Assembly (NCBI GenBank): GCA_023231475.1
Contig: JALJEE010003244.1
Span: forward strand, 45,380-65,379
DNA: 20,000 nt
Reading direction: 5' to 3'
Source of the DNA: Seison nebaliae
Taxonomy: Eukaryota
In this document: piece by piece, positions 11,306-20,000 of the stretch
Position numbering within the stretch: the first letter of the stretch is position 1
Layout of the letters: the number at the start of each line of letters is the position of its first letter
The notes under the pieces: model-generated
Databases searched by the model: none
What the model was told of the DNA's origin: nothing
The model's input: only the letters and a program-made list of their open reading frames with translations
Translations under genes and position numbers: made by a program

Positions 11306-13078
11306 TTAATTTGCAATTTTTGTTTCATTTTCATATAAAACAATCGAAGCGATCGACATGGTACGACTGACGAACTGGAAAGAGTATTTGAAAATGAGGA
11401 AGAAAATGAAAGAAACTTCGATGATAATTCGATCGATTTCGTTCACAAAATAGACGGAAGGACCGAATGGGTTGCTCGCCATTTCGTTGTCTTCCTCGTC
11501 CGACGTGTCCACATTGGGCGAACGTTCCATGATCTTATAATCGTCTAATTTGAACGCACAGTTATCGATTTGTCTTAATTTTTGTTCAATTTCTCTCCAG
11601 TTACTATCCGGCTCCAACGTAATGTATGAGACGTTGTTGGATGGATCGATGGAGGAGATACAATCAAAGTTGAAACGACAAATCTCATATGTGTCGACAT
11701 CGTAATGTGCCGGACAATTGGTGTGAAAGATGAAACGATGTAATAAATGTGTTCGAGTGTCAAACATCAGATCCTGTCAAAGTGAAAAAAAACTTTGAGT
11801 ACATGAAAAAAAAAAAAAACTAGTCCATATTCAAAGTAGTTGTAGAAGTAATATTGAACTTCGTCTTCGTCTGTTTGCATCTGATCGTTCGGTCCTTTCG
11901 ACGAATAATAGACATTATCGGGCGAACCGAGAATGGTGAGAACGTGAATAGCTTTATCGCCAAATCGAATAAATCGATCAATAATATTATCATTATTCTT
12001 CTCATTCAAATCTAATTAGAAATGAAGAAAATTAGAATTTTTTTTTTCAACATAAAATTAATTTGGAAAAATTTCAAATATGAAATTTGATGAAATTCAT
12101 CGAAAATTCTTAATAAAATTCATAAAAATGATAATGAGAAAATTAGTTGGAGAAGATTTTTATAAATAATTTTAAATTGAGGAAATAATTTTGGAGATAA
12201 TTAACCGAAGAAACTCAGTTTGATTCCTTTCACATTGAGTGGATTGTTCTCATTGTTCTCATCACGCCATAAAGTGATGAGTTTGAGAATGAGCGGATTT
12301 TCGTCATTCTCCAATTTGGATGATAATTGAAGTTGATTGAATGAATTGATTAGTTGATTCTTATTAAGATCATCTTTCATCATCTCCACGTTCAATTTGA
12401 TGGATTTTAATTGATGAGATTGATCCGTATCGATGGAAGGAGAGAGTGGTTCGAAGAAGAATTGGAGATAACAATTCATTTCATCATTAATCCTCTTCTC
12501 GAACTTCAGAACGTAATCACCATTTTTATCGATTCCTGAACGGAAAATTTGAAAGGAAACAAAGGAGAAAAAAAAGACTTGGAGGGAACGTCGGTCCGAA
12601 TTGTTGATAAGCGTTCGATATTTTAGTGATACTGTCATCACCATTTTTTATGAAGAAGTTGTTACGATTCAATTGAATGGTATCGAGAAGGAAAACATTA
12701 TTCAATTCGATCGATTTCAATAATTGAGTCGATGAATCGAAAGTGAAATTAATTAGGAAATCTTCGATGAGAATTCGATAATCTTCATCGAATAAATTCT
12801 AATAAACTAAATGAATTTGATGAGATGGAGAAGAGGAACTGAAGAATTATAGATTAATCGGATTGGTGATGGAAATCGGTAATTGACCAGTTTTAAATTT
12901 TTTATGACTTTGAATAAAGTTTGGCCTAAATCCCGTTGAAAAGTTTAAGGGGAGAAGGAGAATAGTTGAAACCTAATTTGAATTTAGAGTTAGTTGTCTG
13001 CAAATCTTGTTTGTCGCTCGATAGAGAAACACAGAAAGAATTATCAATATCTACCGATAATTTTTGTTTATCTTCCAT
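11306..13078 (-). CDS. PHAF1: Phagosome assembly factor 1 (C16orf70/UPF0183 family). Exons 13078-12973, 12925-12840, 12798-12579, 12535-12206, 12011-11821, 11773-11417, 11374-11306
   Basis: FKLGQTL, FDSSTQLLKSIEL, QQFGPTFP, RFIRFGD..VLTILGSPDNVYY, YFYNYFEYGLDLMFDTRTHLLHRFIFHTNCPAHY, NPFG, IASIVLY are collinear with the recalled human C16orf70 motifs. Confidence 0.9.
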
Positions 13079-14407
13079 CGCCTTTTAATTATCAATTATC
13101 AGCTCAAATTTTAGAAGTGGAAACTCCATCAAACTTCGAATTGGGATGATTAATTAAAATTTTTCTTCGGACAGCTCGGACCTTGAACGAATGAATTTCC
13201 TATCAATCAAATTATTCCATCAAAATGGAACTGGTGATGATGGATGATGATAATACATCGCAAGTACGAACACTTTTTTTATTAATAATAACAATATTAA
13301 ATTATTTTCCTGTTAAGTATTAACATGTATAATTATCAACAATGAGCTAACGTGGAAAAGAAAAGTTCTGAATATATCCATGATTTTGATCATGATGAAA
13401 ATGAGGGAAATAAGAAATAAGAAAATTGGAAAGAATTATACATTTTCTACAACAATTTCTTTTCAATGATGAATGAAAATAGAATTGGCAATTCAGATAT
13501 CATTAAAATAATTAGGATAATGAATATTAAATGTCTCAAACGAACAGTTTCAATCGTAAATGATCTAATAAGTATCATTGTCCTATTTTAACCATTCATA
13601 CCTTTAGGTGGAATAGTTGATGATAAAAATAGGAAATGTGTTAAAGATGTAAATGTTTTAAGAATTCAGGTGATTCAGAAAGAAAATCGACCGTTGTACG
13701 AACACTGGATATTCCACGAAATTTAATTAGTTAATGTTTGTCCACTCTCTCCCATATTTCCTTCCATTATTTGTTTTCGAATGAGCATTCTAAAATTGAA
13801 ATGCATTATCAGATTTATTCATTGAAATTTACGTATGATAATACGTATAGTATACGTATGATGGCGTTTCTTCTCGTTACCGGGATTAAAGATCGATTAA
13901 TAAAAAATGACGAGCATTACATGAGATAACAGACCGATCATGCTATCATTTCCTATAAAAAAATATGTTCGAACAATAAAAAAAAGTTCGTCATTAAAAT
14001 TTCTATGCTAAAAACTGATCGAGTAGGATTATTATGATTCCACCATAACACCTTTGTCGTTGGGAGAACTTGAAAATTAAAAAATTTATCTGATGTGAGA
14101 AAGTTGAAATGAACGATAAGTGAATGATTAGTTTCTGTCGTCATTCAGTTGAGAAAGTATTATGTAAAGAATCATAAAGGAATGATTTGAAGGAAAATTG
14201 AAGGAAAGGATGGTTGGATGGAATATTGATAGAAGGAAAGAAGACAGAAAAGAAAGCAAAGTATTCTTTTATTGTTTCCTTCTTATTATAATGCAAATGA
14301 AGAGAATTGAAACATCTGAAAAGTGGAAGATAAAAGGGGAACTATTGTAAGAAAAGATGTAGTGAAGTAAAAGAATAAACCTGTTGGGTAGGCGTTTGTT
14401 GATCGGG

Positions 14408-14441
14408 TATAAATAGATCGTGATATGATTAGGATTTCACA
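14408..14441 (+). promoter_or_regulatory. Candidate core promoter of the VWD gene: TATA box with an Inr-like site about 30 nt downstream
   Basis: TATAAATA at 14408-14415 in a locally GC-richer context; TTCACA near 14436-14441; ATG at 14481. Confidence 0.55.
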
Positions 14442-14480
14442 ACATTATTTCAACTGGTCGATTTCGAAAAGTTGAAAAAG

Positions 14481-17400
14481 ATGATTATCTCAAAATTACT
14501 GCTGCTAATGTGCATTGGCTACAGCAGTGCATTCCTGTTTGTGCAACAATATAAGAAATGTTATTTGTACGGAACTAACCGAATCGATACGTTTGATGGA
14601 AAACATTATCGTTTTACCGGTGGTTGTGAATACAAATTGGCTTCTCTGAGATCTGGCGGTGATTGGCAAATCAACGTGGATTTCGTCAATTGCGATCATC
14701 TATTTACCTGTTTGAAGGTACTGAAAATGACGTTGGGTAACGTGGAAGTGGAAGCGGTTCGATCTGACGTTAAAGTGAACGGTCGTGCCGTTCGCACTTA
14801 TAATAGTGGTGGAGTGAAGTTGACCACGAATATATTTGGAGTTCGTGTCCTCACATACCGCGACGTCAAAGTCGAATGGTCGTTAAGTCGATGGATAGTG
14901 AAGGTTTTTGTGAAGACGTCATTGAAGAATAAAGTGGAAGGTCTTTGTGGAGACTACGACGGAAATAAGTGGAATGATGCAGATCAAGGTGCCCAAGGTG
15001 TCGCTTCGACCAGTATCTTCAACTTCGCACGTTCATGGAAATTGAAGCAGAATTGTGAAGAGAAATATGTGCCCCAAGAATGCACGGATGCGGCGGCGAA
15101 GGCTTTCGCTGAAAACAAATGTGAATGGATGAAAGGTGGACCAAGTTCGCCATTTCTCCCTTGTATACAACAAATGCCCTCGTCCGATGTTACCAATTTC
15201 TTGGAGTCTTGTGTCGATGTCATATGTGATAGTAAGACACAAAGTGACGCAACTGCTGAAGGTATTACTGATATTGTGTGTGATGAATTCGAAAAATTGG
15301 GATCTCTTTGTGCCACAACATTCAAGGCCGTTTCCTGGAGAAGTGGCACATTCTGCCCAAAAGATTGTCCCAAGAACATGAAATTCGATGATTGTGCTAC
15401 GACATGTTTCGATACATGTCAACAAACTACATTACAAGCAGTGACACATATTGACGACTGTCATTCGGATTGTTCCTCTGGTTGCTTCTGCCCAAAAGGT
15501 TATTTCGTCGATACCAGCAAAGACAATGCTTGTGTTGCAAAGGACGAATGTTCCTGCATGCACTCCGGTAAATCGTATGAGAAGGATGAAGAGATTCAAG
15601 TACTTTGCAATACTTGTAAATGTAAAGGTGGCAATTGGGATTGTACCGATCTGACATGTGAACCCACTTGCACTTTGACCGGTTTCGGTAATATTCGAAC
15701 ATTCGATTTTACCTCGTACAAAGTAGTCTCAAATGGTGAGTGTGAAAAAGTTCTGGTAAAAGGAAAGGATGGAGTTGAAGATGTTCCTTATATTACCACC
15801 AAATTGAATTCGGCCAGTCCGATAAGAAACTTTAAGATAATGTTCCGAGGGAAAACGTTGACGGTGGAACATAATCAGATATCGTTGGATACCCAATTCG
15901 TCAGAGAATTACCATATAAAGACGATGCATTTACTATTCGTCAAATCACGAGCTTCTTCAAATCGGTGGAGTTTGAAGGTGCTCGTATTCTGTGGGATAA
16001 ATATCGGCTCTATATCAAAATGAACATAATTTACAAAGACAAATTGTTGGGTCTGTGTGGAACTTTCAATTTGAAATCGAACGACGATTTTTTCTCTCCT
16101 TTAGGTGTCATCGAGACTAGTTCAGTGGATTTTATTAATACTCTATCCGTCGAACAATGTCCATCGGCTAAGAATGTTGATCCTTGTACGTCGTCACCCA
16201 TTCTCGGCCTTAAGGCGTCGCTGATTTGTGGCCGATTGAAAACGAAATTAATTTGGAAGAAGTGCAATGAATTTTTAGATCCGGCTGAATATATTAAGGG
16301 TTGTATGAGTGACTATTGTCAAGCGTCGACTGAAGACCAACGTGATGATTTAGTTTGCTCCACATTCTCGTCATATGCGAAAGAATGTGGAAGTATCGAC
16401 CAGATAGTGGACTGGTTGGCAGATGCAGATAATCAGGAGAAGTGTAGAAATTTGAATTATCGAGGTCGATGTGAAAGTGTGGGCAAAGAGTATCAACAAT
16501 GTGCGAAAGTGTGCACAAACTCTTGTCACGGTAACGCATTGGAAGGTGCGAGTTGTTGGACAGACGCTTGTATTCACGGATGTACATGTCCGGAAGGAAT
16601 GTTCGTTGATGAGCACAATTCTGACGGTTCTCAATGTGTACCGGAAAGTGAATGTAGTTGTTACGATAATGCGGCAAAGAAATATATCCCAGCGAATAGT
16701 GTGAAAAAGTTGCCTTGTTCCGAATGTAAATGTACGTCGGGACGTTTATTATGTTCAGAGGAAGATTGTAGTCAAGTCGTTTGTGAAGCTAATCAAATAT
16801 TCCAAGAGAATGCCATCGCTTGTCCACAAGCGTGTGAGAACAAGTTCACATGGAAGGATTGTGGAGATCGTGCAAAGATGTGCGCTTGCCCACCCGGTCA
16901 AATATTGGGGGCCGATTTTAAAACTTGTGTCAATACAGAGGATTGCCCTTGTCATTATGCCGGAGACAGTTACGAAAATGGAGGTAAAATTAAAATCAGA
17001 TGTAACGAATGTCATTGTCGCAGCGGGAAATGGGAATGCTCCACCAAAAAATGCGAATCGACCTGCTCGGCCACTGGTGATCCCCATTACCAGACATTCG
17101 ACGGAAAACGGTTCTCTTTCCAAGGATCATGTTCATACATTTTCGCTTCAGTACCGTCCTCCCAAGCTGACATGCCATTATTCCAAATAGTCTTGACAAA
17201 CGTTGCGTGCGGTTCTCAAGGTGTCACATGTACGAAAGATGTGAAATTGACGTACAAGGATGTCATCATCAAATTATCTCGAGGGAAACATGTAGAGTTT
17301 TCCTCAGGAAGTGCTGGAGAAATGAAACAGTTGAAGAATCTGGTGAAAAATGAACTTGTACCTGGTGTTACTATTTACACTGCCGGTTTATTTGTGGTAG

Positions 17401-20000
17401 TTCGAACTGCTGATTTCAAATTAAGATGGGATGGTCGAACAAGAATTTATTTGACTCTCAAAGGAAAATTCGAAGGCAAAGTATCAGGTCTTTGTGGAAA
17501 TATGAATGGAAATGCTGAGGACGATACACAGTTGTCAGATAGAAGTGCCGCATCAATCGAGGACTTGGCAAATGCTTTCCAAGTGGGAACATGTGTCGAT
17601 AAAGAAATTCCACCAATGTTCGATTTGACACAACCTTGTGCGGGGCATGATGGTCGGCGTGAGTGGGCACATACAAAATGTGACATGATAGCAGTCGATG
17701 CCACGAAAGATTCTCCTTTCTATTATTGTATTCAACAATTGGATGAGAATGTGGTGGAAAATGCTCATACGAATTGTCTTTTCGATACCTGTTCTTGTGA
17801 CAAGGGTGGCGATTGTGAATGTATGTGTGATGCATTGGCGAATTTCGGGGAATTGTGTAACGAAGTTAACTATCCGGTACGTTGGCGTACCCAAGAATTA
17901 TGCCGTTTAGTACATTATGTAAATGTTCAATTTAATTTTTCTTTCCACAGCTATGCAATGTGATTACGGGAAAGTTTATGAAGCATGTGGTAAAGACTGT
18001 CCTCAAGCTTGCGGCAATAATACCTGTGAAGACGGTTTTCATTCTAATTTCTTAGTTTCAATTTTTCACTTATTTTTCAGTTGGTTGTTTGGAAGGTTGT
18101 TTCTGTCCCACGGGTACTTTCGAGGACGTATCAGGAAAATGTATTAAGGAATCTGAATGTCCGTGTGAAGTTGAAGGAAGAATTTATACTCCCAATGCCA
18201 TCTTCCGACACAAATGTTACGAATGGTTCCGTCTAGTAATTATATTTTATGATTTTAATATTTTCTTCCGATTTCAGTCAATGTAAAAATGGTGAAGTTA
18301 ATTGCTATAAACAATTGGATGATTGTGAGGAATGTACCGGTTTTCTGTGTGGTAATGGCACAGCATCTTCCATCCAATGTATTAATAAAGAATATGAATG
18401 CGATGGTGTGAAAGATTGCGATGATGGAAGTGACGAAGAAAAATGTCCATGTGATCCCGATAGCTTCGTTTGTGATATTGGCGGTTGTATAGACAAAGGT
18501 TTACGATGTGACGGTGTACCTAATTGCCGAGATGGAACAGATGAGATTGGTTGTGAAGTGTGTATCGATTGCAATCCGTGTAACGGCTTCCCTTGTGAAA
18601 ATGGAAAATGCATTCCAGAATCATGGGTTCGATATCTTTCTTTTTTAATTTGACAGCTCTAATCCATTTACTTTGTAGGTTTGTGACGGTAATAAAGATT
18701 GTGGAACTGGTGACGTCTCAGATGAACAGGATTGTGAAGAAACATGTGATCAAAGAGATATAGTGTTTGAATGCGATAAAAATACAACTAAACAATGCTT
18801 ACCTGTGGATAAAAAATGTGACGGTTCAACCGATTGCTTAGACGGTTCTGATGAAACAAGTTAATATTAGTTTTAAATATAAATTCTTAATATATTATCT
18901 TTCTAGATTGCGAGAATTGTACGTGCTCAGAGACAGGTAAATTAGCATGCTTGGTAGATACCGTTTGCAATTGTCTTGAGCCCCAACGAATATGTGACGG
19001 TGTTCAACATTGTGATAATAATGCCGATGAAATGAACTGTAGGTGTACAACTGGAGAGTATCAATGTAGAAATTCCACTTTATGCATAAAATCCGAAGAA
19101 GTATGCGATAATTCCATACAATGTCCAAATCAGGATGACGAGGAAGATTGTAACGTTATTCCAGTTACACCTCCAAAACCGACCGCAGGTTATCCAATTT
19201 CTAGAATAAGTGTATACTATAATATTATATAGTTTGCGACGAAACTGATGGAATCATTAACGACATGGTTAACGGTATCGATCGAAACCAAATAACAGGA
19301 ACAGACATTACAAATCCACAACTAATAGCAACTAATCTAGAAGGTGCGACGATAATGAACGAAGAAGCAACTATTACTATCCCGATAATAAAAGCAAGTC
19401 AATTAAACTCTATTAAAATATATGATGACAACATGGAGACAATTGTTGCAACATTTAAAGACGAAAACGGTCGAACCATAAGAAGTGGACGTAGAGCTGC
19501 GAAATATGTCTTCCAAGATAATGTTTTGGAAAACTTCCCCATAGACGGTTTGACGTCAAGAACTAAACTAATTTCAGAGATTAAACTAAAGTTCAATAAA
19601 CCTGAATACAAAGAGTTCAATAAGATACATATTGAGGTACATGGCTGTTTCGAACCGGCTATCAAAACAACTCCACCAGGACCACCAGGAACTGAATTAC
19701 CACCAGGACCACCAGGAACTACATTACTACCAGGACCACCAGGAACTGTATTACCACCAGGACCACCAGGAACTGTATTACCACCAGGAACGGTATTCCC
19801 ACCCGGACCACCCGGAACTGCATTCCCACCAGGACCACCCGGAACTGCATTCCCACCAGGACCACCCGGAACTGCATTCCCATCAGGACCTCCAGGAACT
19901 GTATTACCACCAGGACCACCAGGAACTGTATTACCACCAGGAACTGAATTCCCACCAGGACCACCAGGAACTGCATTACCACCAGGACCACCAGGAACTG
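14481..20000 (+). CDS. Secreted SCO-spondin-like/gel-forming-mucin-like protein, 3'-truncated: signal peptide, 3x(VWD-C8-TIL-E), 6x LDLa, discoidin(F5/8)-like domain, Pro/Gly/Thr repeats. Exons 14481-17904, 17951-18034, 18081-18225, 18278-18626, 18679-18859, 18907-19188, 19233->20000
   Basis: Signal peptide [20 protein letters not shown] motifs [22 protein letters not shown] and [16 protein letters not shown]8 [18 protein letters not shown]; six LDLa repeats with CDG..DC..SDE-type motifs; the last exon is open from 19233 to the window end (absent from the ORF track). Confidence 0.92.
19673..20000 (+). repeat. Coding tandem repeat, 27-nt unit CCACCAGGACCACCAGGAACTGNATT(A/C) = PPGPPGT[V/A/E/T][L/F], with occasional 18-nt units
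   Basis: Directly visible; in frame with exon 19233->20000 and continues past the window end. Confidence 0.95.

Noticed and set aside
13520..13730. Possible small spliced gene in the PHAF1-VWD intergenic region
   Set aside because: The candidate donor (13547) and acceptor (13607) join to an immediate stop; no consistent model.
14505..19991. Many antisense and alternate-frame ORFs over the VWD gene, including hydrophobic 19719..19991
   Set aside because: Shadow ORFs of a long coding exon and of the stop-free tandem repeat; no motifs of their own.
19673..20000. Calling the repeat a collagen domain
   Set aside because: Gly-X-Y is broken every ninth residue by Leu/Phe, so a continuous triple helix is not supported.
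1..20000. Naming the organism
   Set aside because: The features fit a compact-genome invertebrate, but the window alone cannot identify it.

Overview
Gene-dense, AT-rich animal genomic DNA, probably from an invertebrate with a compact genome and very short introns. The ORF track is fragmented by splicing, so I rebuilt six gene models by hand (54 GT-AG introns, all keeping the reading frame). They are: the 3' part of a PMCA-type Ca2+-ATPase (+, <1..2947); CTU2 (-, 3035..4482); MPC2 (-, 4625..5107); an unrecognised ~1160-aa, 26-exon coiled-coil-like gene (+, ~6425..11181); PHAF1/C16orf70 (-, 11306..13078); and a secreted SCO-spondin/mucin-like gene (+, 14481..>20000; 3x VWD-C8-TIL, 6x LDLa, a discoidin-like domain, then PPGPPGTxL repeats). 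A decayed Penelope-like retroelement fragment probably lies at ~5380-6000. Most unusual: (1) the splice code, with 47/54 donors GTT, only 12/54 having +5G, a hard 41-nt intron floor and frequent AAG acceptors; (2) arrays of symmetric phase-1 micro-exons in the orphan gene (recurring 57/69 nt) and in the PMCA regulatory tail; (3) the hybrid SCO-spondin/collagen-like secreted protein. All models are manual and lack transcript evidence.
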